From an uncultured Acidobacteriota bacterium (lineage in GTDB: Bacteria > Acidobacteriota > Terriglobia > Acidiferrales > UBA7541): 64,000 bases of DNA. The position numbers and the translations under genes were made by a program. Of the stretch, positions 40,208 through 51,665 are shown in pieces. The stretch is from NCBI GenBank assembly GCA_963810355.1, contig CAWENU010000032.1, forward strand, positions 15,641-79,640, in the 5' to 3' direction. Position 1 is the stretch's first letter, and every line of letters begins with the position of its first letter. Below the pieces are notes generated by a model. The model saw only the letters and a list, made by a program, of their open reading frames with translations, was not told the origin of the DNA and made no database searches.

Positions 40208-41278
40208 ATGAAGGCTCGAATCTGGGTGTTGGTTCTGGCGATGATGGCGGGAACGTTCGTGGGAGCTGCGGCGACGCCCGCGGCCACCATAGGCTACGTG
40301 TATTGCGGGACTTATGGCTCCTACGTGCTGCTCTATAAGTCCAACGACCAGTTTGAAGAGCTGGGCAAATTGCGCTGCGGCGAAAAAGTGGACGTCTTGA
40401 ATCGGTGGTTCGACTACGTGCAGGTGCGCGCGCTGGACGGCCGTGTCGGGTGGGTACACAACGCCGAAGTTTCGAACGCACCGATGGAGGCGCCGACCAA
40501 GAACCTCGGGTTGACTGATCCCTCGGCGAAACCGCAGGGCGCGGGCGTGCCGCCGCTGAACAACGCGAGCATCGTAAAGATGCGCAACCTGCACTTAACC
40601 GCCGACGTGATGCTGGCGAAGATTCAGTCTTCGCCGTGCGATTTCGATACCACGCCTGCGGGCCTGCAGAAGCTCAAGCAGGCCGGCGTTCCCGACAAGG
40701 TGATCTTGGCCATGGTGATGGCGCCGTCGGCTTCCGCTCCTCCGCCTGCGCCGAAGGCCCCGGAAATTGTCGAGGTCAAGATCCCGGGCGGCACTCCCGT
40801 CGAACTCGCGCTGAGCTATGACGTTTCCTCTGACGATGCCGTGGAAGGCCGAGTTGTGCTATTGAAGGTGGCGCAAGACGTGGTCGTGGATGGCGTGACC
40901 GTGTTCCAGCAAGGCGCCGAGGCTCACGGCAGCGTTACCTCCGTTAAGCAGCCGGGATTCATGGGGAAGCCACCGGGGACGTTCAGCTGGACCATGGACT
41001 ACGTCACCGCGGTCAACGGCGATCACATTCCCGCCAACTTTTTCTCGAAGGATGCAGCGGCAAACCCCATGAGCAGCATCATGGGGGCCCCCGGCCCTTC
41101 CTGGGAATTCAAAAAGGGTAAGCCGGCGCTGGTGCCTGCAGGAACGAAATTTCAAACGGTGGTGAAGACGAGCGGCGCGGTTGTGAAAGTGACACGACCG
41201 CAAGGTACCACCGCCGCAGCCGATGCCGTGCAAGGTCAATCAGCGGCGCAAGCTGCGGGGCCGTCGGTGAAGCCCTAG
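40208..41278 (+). CDS. Secreted SH3-domain hypothetical protein
   Basis: Signal peptide, CGEKVDVL...DGRVGWV, LKQAGVPDKVI.AM, IPGGTPVEL. Confidence 0.72.
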   Translation: MKARIWVLVLAMMAGTFVGAAATPAATIGYVYCGTYGSYVLLYKSNDQFEELGKLRCGEKVDVLNRWFDYVQVRALDGRVGWVHNAEVSNAPMEAPTKNLGLTDPSAKPQGAGVPPLNNASIVKMRNLHLTADVMLAKIQSSPCDFDTTPAGLQKLKQAGVPDKVILAMVMAPSASAPPPAPKAPEIVEVKIPGGTPVELALSYDVSSDDAVEGRVVLLKVAQDVVVDGVTVFQQGAEAHGSVTSVKQPGFMGKPPGTFSWTMDYVTAVNGDHIPANFFSKDAAANPMSSIMGAPGPSWEFKKGKPALVPAGTKFQTVVKTSGAVVKVTRPQGTTAAADAVQGQSAAQAAGPSVKP

Positions 41279-41349
41279 TTTGGTCCTCTTCGTGTAGGTC
41301 CGTCCGGGTCAATGCGGGCACGCTAGCATTCGTGTCTGCCCATCGGATT

Positions 41350-41418
41350 CGCCGGGCTGAAGCCCGGCGCCTACACGGCACGAATATATTATGTAGCCGC
41401 TGGGCTTGAGCCCAGTGG
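41350..41418. repeat. Doublet of oppositely oriented GTAG REP-like hairpins
   Basis: CGCCGGGCTGAAGCCCGGCGCCTAC, 18-nt spacer, GTAGCCGCTGGGCTTGAGCCCAGTGG. Confidence 0.75.
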
Positions 41419-41570
41419 ACGCATTCTGCCGCCAATTGGATTTGGCCTTCTAAACCTTGCGAGCACCTGACCGTTTTGCTGAACGTCAGACCAGTAGTTT
41501 TTTGATGCACAGGCCGCGTAGTCTTGCTTGGAGCACGGGTCTCGATTTCCCGTAGCCTGGGAGAGCAATC

Positions 41571-42179
41571 GTGTTCTGCGAACGCTGCGGACTCAACTTC
41601 CTGCCGAGACAATCCGTGTGCACGCGGTGCAAGGTTTCCGCGACGCGCCATTGGTTTCAGTTAATGAGCCTGGTGACGTTGATGGTTGCGGTGGCGTGCA
41701 ACGCTGTCGTCGCACTGATCTTTTTGCCACGATTGGTTGCCGGTGCGCACGCGCGTGCGGTGTTCCGCGCGTGGCTATGGTTCGACTATAAATTTGCCAT
41801 GTATGGCTGGGTGCCGGTCGCCATCGCGCTGCTGGCCTGGGACTTTCTGGTCTGGAAAGAGGCGCGGCCCAGGGTCAAGGGATGGTTCACGCGCAAGCTG
41901 CTGACCTTCTCGCTGGCGGCGGGAGTGGCGCCGATGCTGCCCTGGTGGGTTCCCGCGGGTCAGCCGCCGGGCCAGTTTTTGGCCATGATCGGAAGATACC
42001 CCGGGGTGCCTGCGGCGCTGGCGTGGGCCGTGGTCCTGGTGGTCGTCGTGCTGCTGTGCAGCGATGCGGAATCGCGCGACTACCTGTTGGGACACGGAAA
42101 GGCCCTGAGCGTCGTCAGCGTCGGAGCGCTGCTGGCGGTGTTAGGTATGACCATTGTAGGGTGGTCGGTTACCTATTGA
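41571..42179 (+). CDS. Membrane protein with N-terminal zinc ribbon
   Basis: CERC..CTRC followed by about five TM helices. Confidence 0.7.
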   Translation: MFCERCGLNFLPRQSVCTRCKVSATRHWFQLMSLVTLMVAVACNAVVALIFLPRLVAGAHARAVFRAWLWFDYKFAMYGWVPVAIALLAWDFLVWKEARPRVKGWFTRKLLTFSLAAGVAPMLPWWVPAGQPPGQFLAMIGRYPGVPAALAWAVVLVVVVLLCSDAESRDYLLGHGKALSVVSVGALLAVLGMTIVGWSVTY

Positions 42180-42719
42180 TGCCGCGGCCGAAAAACTAAA
42201 TCAATCGCGTTTCGAAGCCGTCAGCGAATTGTTTGGCGAAGGAAAGAGGAAGTTCGCGCAAGCGCGGCCTTGCCAATCTTTCAAGAGAGTCGGGGCTCGC
42301 TCTTTTCCGTCGCTTGCGCGAGATCAGTTCCCGCAGTCAATGGTCGATTGCCAGAACGCCAATCCCCGAATCGATGGGCAAATCTTGAGGATTTTCTCAG
42401 GCGCCGCGAGGCCGGGCGCGTTGCTCCGCACCCTTCCGCGTCGCCGGTGTCCATAGGGTTTTTGCTGTAGGTTCACTCGCAAAAATTCAAGCACATAAGC
42501 GGATTTTTTCGCGACTCGCGCGGTCGTGCGCGGAATCAATCGTGGATAATAAGCGCTTTGTTTTGCCTTACGTTTGGCGTGTGTGAATCGCAATGGCCGC
42601 CATGGGCCAGACGCCGCGATTCACACGACGCAGGTGCCTTTGTGCCGGCTCGTGAGAGAGTTTCTCCGATCAGAAGCAGTGGTTCGGAGACTGGATTTGA
42701 AGGCGACCGAGGGTGTGGC

Positions 42720-44414
42720 ATGAAGAAGCGAACCAGGCGGCCGAGCAAGGTGAACGAACGGGAAGCGCTGCTCGCGCGCGTCGCCGAGTTGGAAGAGACG
42801 CTGCGCGCGATTCGCATCGGCGAAGTTCACGCAGGTGCCGCGAGCAGTCCCACCGGCGACCGGGTATTAACGCTGGACGGCGCGGAGCATCCTTACCGGA
42901 TCCTGGTGGAAACCATCGATGAAGGCGCCGCCACGCTTTCCGACAACGGAACCGTGTTGTACTCGAACAAGAGCTTCGCAGCCATCCTGGATGTCCCGCT
43001 GGAGAAGCTTATAGGCTCACCCGTCGAGAGTTTTGTGTCGGGCGAGGATCTGCAGGACCTCAGAACGCTCTTAGAGAGGGCCAGGAGCGGCAGTGCGCGC
43101 GGGGAAATCCGACTGCGGACCATGGATGGCAAGGCGCGGACGGTGCGCCTGACGCTCAGCATCAACCGGCAGTCTGGTGTGGAGACGATTTGCGCGGTGG
43201 CCACGGAATTAACCGAACTGGTGGAAACCAACGAAGCCCTGAGGGTGACGGAAACTTCCCTTCGCCAATTGTCGGCGCGCCTGTTGCAACTGCAGGACGA
43301 GGAGCGCCGCCGGATTGCGAGAGATCTCCACGACGTCACGGGACAAAAAATTGCGATTCTGTCGATGTCGCTCGACCGGCTGGGCCGCCTGCTGGAATCA
43401 AGGGGCGGCGAAGTTGCCGAGACTTTGGACGAAAGCCGCGAAGTCGTGCGGAAAATCGGCGAAGAGATTCGCGTCTTGTCGTATCTGTTGCACCCGCCCC
43501 TGCTGGACGAGTCGGGGCTAGCTTCGGCCGTGCGCTGGTACGCGGAAGGCTTTCAGAAACGGAGCGGAATATACCTGACCGTGGACATTCCGCCAGGCTT
43601 GGGCAGGCTCGCCACGGAAGTGGAGACGGCACTGTTTCGCGTGGTGCAAGAGAGCCTGACCAACGTGCATCGCTATTCCGGAAGTCCGAACGCGGAAATC
43701 AAGATTTTCGCGGAGGACGGCCAGGTTCACCTGGAAGTCGTCGACCACGGAAGGGGTATTGAGGCAGGTGTTGCTCCGGTAATGATCGATGGCATAGCTT
43801 CGCTGGGCGTCGGCATTCCCGGGATGCGGGAAAGACTGCGTCAGTTGGGCGGGCAATTGGAAGTGGATTTTGGCCGGAATGGAACTCGTGTGGTTGCCAT
43901 CGTCCCGCTGAAAAAGCCGGAGGCCGCGAGCGTGGAGGCGACGGAATACGCGGCAGCGGAAGGAGCTGGCATTCAACCGGGATTGGATTCCGGTGCGACT
44001 ACGCGCAGCGATGCGCGGCGGCGCATCTTGATCGCGGACGATCACGAGGTGATGCGGCGCGGTGTGCGCGGCCTGCTGGAAAGCCATAGTGAATGGGCCG
44101 TCTGTGGAGAGGCGTTCGAAGGCAAAGAGGCGGTCGTGAAGTCGCGCGAATTGCGGCCGGATCTGATCATCATGGATATCAATATGCCCGGCTTGACGGG
44201 AATTGCGGCGGCGCAGCAGATCCGCCGGGAGAACCCGTCAGCGAAGATTCTGTTCTTTTCGGTGCATGAATCGGCGCAAACCGTGCGCGAAGTCATAAAC
44301 GCCGGGGCGCAGGGATATGTGGCGAAGTCGCGTGCGGGGCGCGATTTGGTTGACGCGGTACGCAACATTCTCGACGGCGGTACGTTTTTCCCGACGCTGG
44401 CGCACTCGGCTTAG
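42720..44414 (+). CDS. Hybrid sensor kinase PAS-HisKA_3-HATPase-REC
   Basis: ERRRIARDLHD, QESLTNV, DHGRG, GMRER; REC ILIADDH..MDINMP..K. Confidence 0.9.
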   Translation: MKKRTRRPSKVNEREALLARVAELEETLRAIRIGEVHAGAASSPTGDRVLTLDGAEHPYRILVETIDEGAATLSDNGTVLYSNKSFAAILDVPLEKLIGSPVESFVSGEDLQDLRTLLERARSGSARGEIRLRTMDGKARTVRLTLSINRQSGVETICAVATELTELVETNEALRVTETSLRQLSARLLQLQDEERRRIARDLHDVTGQKIAILSMSLDRLGRLLESRGGEVAETLDESREVVRKIGEEIRVLSYLLHPPLLDESGLASAVRWYAEGFQKRSGIYLTVDIPPGLGRLATEVETALFRVVQESLTNVHRYSGSPNAEIKIFAEDGQVHLEVVDHGRGIEAGVAPVMIDGIASLGVGIPGMRERLRQLGGQLEVDFGRNGTRVVAIVPLKKPEAASVEATEYAAAEGAGIQPGLDSGATTRSDARRRILIADDHEVMRRGVRGLLESHSEWAVCGEAFEGKEAVVKSRELRPDLIIMDINMPGLTGIAAAQQIRRENPSAKILFFSVHESAQTVREVINAGAQGYVAKSRAGRDLVDAVRNILDGGTFFPTLAHSA

Positions 44415-44597
44415 CGCGCGCGGCATAGTCCTCTTCTCGCTTTATCGTCCACCACGCTATCGTCCATTTGCAATGTTCCGTTTAGATTTTCGGCAGAAAT
44501 TGCGTCGGCAAAAGGTAAGGGCAAAAGCATTAACACAGAGGCGCAGAGGCCACGGAGAATCGGGACGTCGCCGTGATCTGTGGCGCGGGTTGCGGTT

Positions 44598-44622
44598 CGC
44601 CGGGCTGAAGCCCGGCGCCTAC
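44598..44622 (-). repeat. GTAG REP-like hairpin overlapping the otsB stop codon
   Basis: Identical to 41350-41374; the TAG of GTAG is the otsB stop. Confidence 0.75.
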
Positions 44623-45407
44623 ATTTCGGAGAGAGTTGCTTCCAGCTTCGCTAGCGCGGCGGCGACTTCTGCGGGGTTGCGAAGGGAATAGCGCGCGCTC
44701 GTTGGGCGCGGGCGACCTACCAGCACCGATACGCCCCGGCGGACCGCTGCGAAGCCGGACTCGTCGGAGAAATCGTCGCCGAAGTAGAAAGGGAGGGACT
44801 TGCGGTGACCGGGCTGCGCAAGGAAACGCCGGACGGCCATACCTTTGCCGGGAATGGACCGCGGCAAGATCTCCACGTCGCGGATATTTCCTACCGCGTG
44901 CAACGTCTTCAGAAAGGGCAGGAGGCTGGTACGAAGCTCGCGCCGAACCCGCGGTTGCAGCGTAGGAGGAACATCCAGGAGATGAACGGACAGGCTGCTG
45001 CGTTTGTTTTCGATCCAGACATCGGGATATGCGCCGAGGAGTGGTTTCAGGCGAGCACGAGCCCTGCGCAGGGTTGTCCGGACGCTAGCGGGAAGCGAAG
45101 AATTGACGTTGCTCTCCCAGCCATAGAGGCCAAAATAGTGGATGCCAGGAACGCCGATGTATTTGAGGAGTTGAGCGCGGCGGCGACCACTAACTACGAC
45201 AAGGGTTGCGTTTGGATGCCGCGCGAGACGCCTTAGAATTTTCCGCGCTATGGAGGTGAGGCGCACCAGTTCCGGGCGCGGGGCAATGTCTACCAGCGTC
45301 CCGTCGAAATCGAGGAAAACGGTGACGCGCCCGTTCCCACGAACCTTCTTTTCGATGCCATCCCAATCTTTCAGAAGGTCCGGAATTTTGCGAACCCGCT
45401 GCTTCAT
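44619..45407 (-). CDS. otsB: Trehalose-6-phosphate phosphatase
   Basis: FLDFDGTL, VVSGR, KG, GDDFSDE; ATGA overlap with otsA. Confidence 0.93.
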   Translation of the reverse strand: MKQRVRKIPDLLKDWDGIEKKVRGNGRVTVFLDFDGTLVDIAPRPELVRLTSIARKILRRLARHPNATLVVVSGRRRAQLLKYIGVPGIHYFGLYGWESNVNSSLPASVRTTLRRARARLKPLLGAYPDVWIENKRSSLSVHLLDVPPTLQPRVRRELRTSLLPFLKTLHAVGNIRDVEILPRSIPGKGMAVRRFLAQPGHRKSLPFYFGDDFSDESGFAAVRRGVSVLVGRPRPTSARYSLRNPAEVAAALAKLEATLSEM

Positions 45408-47728
45408 TTCACGGCAGCAGCGGCTGCTGCCGGCGGCGCTGCAGCAGCCGGTTCGATGCGATCCGGGGCATCGATGCGGATGTCGGTGAGGTCGGAAAGC
45501 AAATTGGCGGCCCAGCGGTAGATATTGTTCTCGCGGACAATGGCGCGCATATGCTGCATGCGGGTGGCTTGCTCTTCGCTGGTCATTTCCACTGCGCGGA
45601 GAATGGCTCCGGCGACCTGCTGGACGTCGTAGGGATTGACGAGCAGGGAATCGCTGAGTTCGAGCGCAGCGCCGGCGAAGGTGCTGAGAATCAGGACGCC
45701 GCGGTGATCGTCGCGCGCGGAGACGAATTCCTTTGCGACGAGATTCATGCCGTCATGCAGCGCGGTGACCAGGCACACCGAGGCGGCCTTGTAAAAACGT
45801 GCAATTTCTTCATGCGAGTGATGTTTCTTCAGCAGGACGATGGGCATCCACCGGCCGGCCTGAAAGCGCGCATTGATGCGCGCGGCTTCGGCGGTGACTT
45901 CCTCGAGAAGCTTCTGGTAACGATCGATGGCCGTGCGGCTCGGCGCGGCGATCTGGATGAACGTGAAGCGGCGCTGGTACGCGGGATTCAGTTCCAGGAA
46001 GCGTTCGATTCCGCGGAAGCGTTCCAGAATGCCCTTGGTGTAGTCCACGCGATCGACGCCTACGCCGAGGATGCTTGCGTGAATGTTCAGGTCGCTGCAG
46101 ATCGCGGAAACCTGCTCGCCCACACTTTTGTGAAATTCCTCGGTGTGGCCATTTTCCTGGAACGAGACGCTGATGGGATAGGGCCGCACGCGGGTCAGGT
46201 GGCCCTGGCGATTGACCTCGAAGCGATCCCAGGCAGTGAGCGCTTCGACGGAACGGTCCACGCACGAGAGAAAATTGTTGCAATGCGACTGAATGTGGAA
46301 CCCGATCAGGTCGGCACCCAGCAGCCCGTCGATCAAATCGCGGGCCCACGGGCAGATGCCGAAGACTTCCGGATTCGGCCAGGGGATGTGCCAGAAGATC
46401 GCGACGCGCGCGTCGGGCCGAGCTTCCTTGACCATGCGCGGAAGCAGCGCAAAGTGATAGTCCTGCGCGAGAACGATCGGCGATTCGACGCCCTCCATTT
46501 CCTCCAGCAGCGCGTCGGCGAAGCGGCGGTTGACTTCCTGATAGCAGAGCCAATCGTCAGGGCGGAAGATCGGCCGAGTGTGCGCGATGTGGCATAGCGG
46601 CCAGAGACCCTCGTTGGCGAAGCCCTCGTAGTAGCCTTTTTCTTCTTCGGCGTTGAGCCAGACGCGGCGCAACGTATAAGCCGGGTGGTCGGGCGGGACG
46701 CGCAGACGATCGCGGGAGTCCACGACGTCACGATCGGCGTTTCCTGATCCGTTGGCGACCCAGGTGCCATTGGAGGCGAGCAGCACGGGTTCCAGCGCCG
46801 TGACGAGTCCGCTGGCTGGAACGATCACCTGAATCGTGCTGCTGTTTCCGTTGGCGTATTGGTGCATGTACGGTTCGCGGTTAGAGACGACGAAAAGGGG
46901 CTTGTTCTGGAGCTTCACGCTCAGGCTGACGCGGAGGCGTTCCGCCGTCCACAGCGAAACATTGGATTCGCGGAGGCGCGCTTCTTCCTCAGCGGTAGCG
47001 CGGGCGGCGTTCAGGTCGCGAGCGAGGTGCGTGACCTCACGGTGAATCTGATCGAAAAGCTGGCCTTCGGGTAGCTCCGGCAGTGTAGTGGCATTGCCGG
47101 ACTGACCGGTGCGCAATCCACGGAGCCATTTTGCGGTGCGCGTCAAAGGTCCCGTGAGCGTCCAGCGGACCAGGATCAAGGCGAGGCCGGTGATGAACAG
47201 CGTTTGCACCAGCGCGCTGACCAGCGAGTCGCGAAGGGTATGCGAGACCTGTGTGTCGATGTACGAGGTGTCGTGAACGAGAACCAGCGTTCCGACAGCC
47301 TGTCCATTGCGGTGCAGTGGCAAGGCGAAAACGTGCAATGCGAACTTGTCGATGGTGACAAATTCACCCAGGCCCGCGTCGCGCAGCGCCGCGTGCGTCG
47401 CGGTGGGCGGCCGGGATTGGAAGATCTGCGGCAAGCCGGGCGTCAAAGCCACCGCGGCTCCTGCCGCGTTATAGACGGCGATGCCCTTGAGACGTTCGCG
47501 CTGCCCGAAGCGGTCAACGATACGTTGCAGGCTTTTTTCGGGCGAGGGCTTGTCGAATAGCGGCTCGACCGTTTCCTGGAGGCTTTCCCCGAGAGTCTCC
47601 GCGCGGTGCGTAAGGTCGTTCCGCAGCATGCGCTTTTCCGTGCGCACCTGGTACCCGGCGAAAAACAGGGACACCACCACGACGCTGATGATCAACGGCA
47701 GAACGATTTTCAGGGTCGTGCGCATCAA
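45404..47728 (-). CDS. otsA: Trehalose-6-phosphate synthase with an N-terminal TM-sensor-TM-HAMP-like extension
   Basis: VVSNREP, QDYH, FWHIPWP, DRVDYTKG, DGMNLVAKE; about 270 extra N-terminal residues with two TM helices. Confidence 0.92.
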   Translation of the reverse strand: MMRTTLKIVLPLIISVVVVSLFFAGYQVRTEKRMLRNDLTHRAETLGESLQETVEPLFDKPSPEKSLQRIVDRFGQRERLKGIAVYNAAGAAVALTPGLPQIFQSRPPTATHAALRDAGLGEFVTIDKFALHVFALPLHRNGQAVGTLVLVHDTSYIDTQVSHTLRDSLVSALVQTLFITGLALILVRWTLTGPLTRTAKWLRGLRTGQSGNATTLPELPEGQLFDQIHREVTHLARDLNAARATAEEEARLRESNVSLWTAERLRVSLSVKLQNKPLFVVSNREPYMHQYANGNSSTIQVIVPASGLVTALEPVLLASNGTWVANGSGNADRDVVDSRDRLRVPPDHPAYTLRRVWLNAEEEKGYYEGFANEGLWPLCHIAHTRPIFRPDDWLCYQEVNRRFADALLEEMEGVESPIVLAQDYHFALLPRMVKEARPDARVAIFWHIPWPNPEVFGICPWARDLIDGLLGADLIGFHIQSHCNNFLSCVDRSVEALTAWDRFEVNRQGHLTRVRPYPISVSFQENGHTEEFHKSVGEQVSAICSDLNIHASILGVGVDRVDYTKGILERFRGIERFLELNPAYQRRFTFIQIAAPSRTAIDRYQKLLEEVTAEAARINARFQAGRWMPIVLLKKHHSHEEIARFYKAASVCLVTALHDGMNLVAKEFVSARDDHRGVLILSTFAGAALELSDSLLVNPYDVQQVAGAILRAVEMTSEEQATRMQHMRAIVRENNIYRWAANLLSDLTDIRIDAPDRIEPAAAAPPAAAAAAVK

Positions 47729-48441
47729 TACTTCCTTACTTACCTTTTCGCAAAAGTGAACTCATAGCTTAGCAAGGGACTTCCCTTGGACAAAATTGAG
47801 AATAGGAAACACCGGAACCCGAAAAAAATAGCTTCTTTGCACGCGTAACTTTCGCGATTGCTGGTTTTGCTGCGAATAACAGCCGCCGAGTGCACCATAA
47901 TGTGGACGGCGCATCCTGTCTTCGGTGCGTTAATCGACCGTGGCGGTGGCTCCCACGTTGAGTTTCCGTCGCTTTTGGTGTGGTCGCCCCTCAGGAACCT
48001 GAGTGTCACTGGCTCCTGACTCTATTGCACATCGACGGAGAAGGAAGCCTCTCCGGCGGCGGAAATCTTGCCGGAGACGGTTCCACTTTGCGTCGCCGGA
48101 AGGTAAGGACGGCTTGTTGGCCGGGGAGGTTCCGACCAGCCGGCGACGGCAAAAAACCCTGAGAGCAAAGTCGCCCGCGCAAGAATAATATGAAACCGCA
48201 TATTTGTCCCTCTCTAATTGTAGCGCAACGCCGCATCGCGGGTGACGCCTATAAGATGGTCTGAGTGGTCAGAAAGTCGCAACTGGAGGCGGAAAACTTT
48301 TGGTAAGGAGTTGAGAATAAATCAGATGCGACGGCAGGCGCAATTCGCACGCGTCACACGTGTCATTAGTCATCCAGCAAAGTTCTGCTTGTCTCCATAG
48401 AGCGGCACCCCGCGTCGCGCGCTTGCCAACTGGGTTTCTAG

Positions 48442-49479
<1,038 letters not shown>

Positions 49480-49483
49480 TGCA

Positions 49484-51352
49484 CTAGACTCCCAGCAATT
49501 CTTCGATTTTTTGTTCGAGCTCGGTTTGTTTGAACGGGCGGCCTTGGATTTTGTTCAGGCCGATGGCGTCGACTAAATACTTTGCACGCAGAACCCACAG
49601 GAGTTGGCCCATGTTGAGCTCGGGGACCAGCACCTGCTTGTAGCGCTTGATCACGTCGCCCAGATTCGCGGGCAGCGGGTTCAGATGGCGCAGATGGACG
49701 TGGCCGATTTTGCGCCCCGCGGCGCGTTGCGCGTTGACCGCCGCGGTGATGGCGCCATGCGTCGATCCCCACGCCACGATCAGCAAGTCGCCTTGGTCGT
49801 CGCCGGCGGGTACGATATCGGGGATGTCCTGCACGATCGCAGCAACCTTGGCGGCGCGGATGCGCACCATGTGTTCGTGGTTGAGCGGTTCATAGTTGAT
49901 GTTGCCGGTGACATCTTGTTTTTCAAGGCCGCCGATACGGTGCTCGAGGCCGGGCGTGCCGGGAACGGCCCACGGTCGGGCTAGCGTGTCCGGGTTGCGC
50001 TTGTAGGGCAGATAGGCGTTCGGAGAATTTTTTTCTGTCGCGAACTTCACCTTAAAATCCGGGATGTCCTCGATATTAGGAATCTTCCAGGGTTCCGCGC
50101 CATTGGCCAGGTAGCCGTCCGACAGAATGATTACTGGCACCATGTATTTCACGGCGATGCGGCAGGCTTCCAGAGCCGCCCAGAAGCAATCGCTGGGCGT
50201 GGCCGGAGCCACGATGGGAATGGGGGCTTCGGAGTTGCGGCCGTAGAGCGCTTGCAACAGGTCGGCTTGCTCGGTCTTGGTGGGCAGACCTGTGGACGGC
50301 CCTCCGCGCTGGATGTCGCAGATGATCAGCGGGATTTCCACGGCGACGGCCAAGCCGATGGCTTCGGTCTTCAGCGCCATGCCTGGGCCGGACGTGGTGG
50401 TGATGGCCAGCGCGCCGCCATAGGCTGCTCCAATCGCAGACGTGACCGCAGCGATTTCGTCTTCGGCCTGAAAGGTGATTACTCCGAAGTCCTTGTATTG
50501 CGACAGCTCGTGCAGAATATCGGACGCTGGCGTGATCGGGTAACTGCCCTGGAACAAGCGCAGCCCCGATTTCTGCGACGCGGTGACGAACCCCAGCGCC
50601 AGCGCCTGATTGCCGCTCAGATTGCGGTACATGCCGGGCGCGAGCTTCGCCGGCGGAATTTCGTAGCTGATCTGGAAGGCTTCGGTGGCTTCGCAGTAGG
50701 AATAACCGGCCTTCATGGCGAGCGCGTTGGCTTCCACGAGCAGTGGCTTGTTCTTGAACTTGTCCTCGATCCAGCGGACCGTAGAGCTCATCGAGCGGTT
50801 ATAAAGCCAGTAGCACATCCCCAGCGCAAAGAAATTCTTGCAGCGGTCCATGGACTTGGCGTCCAGGCCGAGATGCTCCAGCGACACGCGCGTCAGACGC
50901 TCGAGTTCCACCGAGAACAAGCGGTACTTGTCCAGCGAATGATCTTCCAACGGGTTGACGGTCATCTGCGCCTTGCGGAGGTCGTTTTCCTTGAAGCTGT
51001 CGGAATTGACGATCAGGATCCCATTGGCCTTCAAGTCCGCGATATTCACTTTCAGGGCGGCGGGATTCATGGCGATCAGCACATCGACCGAATCGCCGGG
51101 CGTGAAGACATCACTTGAGGCAAAGTGAAGCTGGTAGCCGCTGACGCCAGGCAGCGTGCCTGCAGGGGCGCGAATCTCGGCGGGAAAGTCCGGAAACGTG
51201 GCAATGTCGTTCCCGTACAGCGCGACCGTATTGGTGAACTGGCTGCCGGTGATCTGCATGCCGTCGCCAGAATCTCCGGCGAAGCGAATAACGGCCTGGT
51301 CGATCTTTTCGGGCTTGATGCGGGATAGCGGTGAATCAGTTACGGTCGACAT
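49484..51352 (-). CDS. korA: 2-oxoacid:acceptor oxidoreductase alpha subunit (gamma-alpha fusion)
   Basis: AGDSGDGMQ, YPITP, QAEDE, TSGPG, QRGGPSTG.PT; AGGAG RBS before ATG 51352. Confidence 0.95.
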   Translation of the reverse strand: MSTVTDSPLSRIKPEKIDQAVIRFAGDSGDGMQITGSQFTNTVALYGNDIATFPDFPAEIRAPAGTLPGVSGYQLHFASSDVFTPGDSVDVLIAMNPAALKVNIADLKANGILIVNSDSFKENDLRKAQMTVNPLEDHSLDKYRLFSVELERLTRVSLEHLGLDAKSMDRCKNFFALGMCYWLYNRSMSSTVRWIEDKFKNKPLLVEANALAMKAGYSYCEATEAFQISYEIPPAKLAPGMYRNLSGNQALALGFVTASQKSGLRLFQGSYPITPASDILHELSQYKDFGVITFQAEDEIAAVTSAIGAAYGGALAITTTSGPGMALKTEAIGLAVAVEIPLIICDIQRGGPSTGLPTKTEQADLLQALYGRNSEAPIPIVAPATPSDCFWAALEACRIAVKYMVPVIILSDGYLANGAEPWKIPNIEDIPDFKVKFATEKNSPNAYLPYKRNPDTLARPWAVPGTPGLEHRIGGLEKQDVTGNINYEPLNHEHMVRIRAAKVAAIVQDIPDIVPAGDDQGDLLIVAWGSTHGAITAAVNAQRAAGRKIGHVHLRHLNPLPANLGDVIKRYKQVLVPELNMGQLLWVLRAKYLVDAIGLNKIQGRPFKQTELEQKIEELLGV

Positions 51353-51637
51353 GGACTCCTGACCTATCTGGTTGAACTCCTTCGATTTCCCCCAAGGAGC
51401 GCGGCTCAATCGTCATGGATTTAGACGGTGCGGTGAGTTGACTGGATGCCAAGGCCGACCGCCAGAAGCCGACCAAAAAAGGATACCACACCGGCCCGTG
51501 CGCGGCGGGGAGAGAGTCCGCCGCGCGGCAATTGTGTTCTATTGGCAAAGACGTGCGAAGACGCCCGCAGGTTGCACTCGTTTTCGCGACCAGGCGGTTA
51601 ACCGCAAAACGAATTCATTCGCGATAACCCAACCCTT

Positions 51638-51665
51638 GTAGGGGCGGGGCTTGCCCGCCCGGCCG
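51638..51665 (+). repeat. GTAG REP-like hairpin
   Basis: GTAGGGGCGGGGCTTGCCCGCCCGGCCG; near-identical to 61887-61915. Confidence 0.75.
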
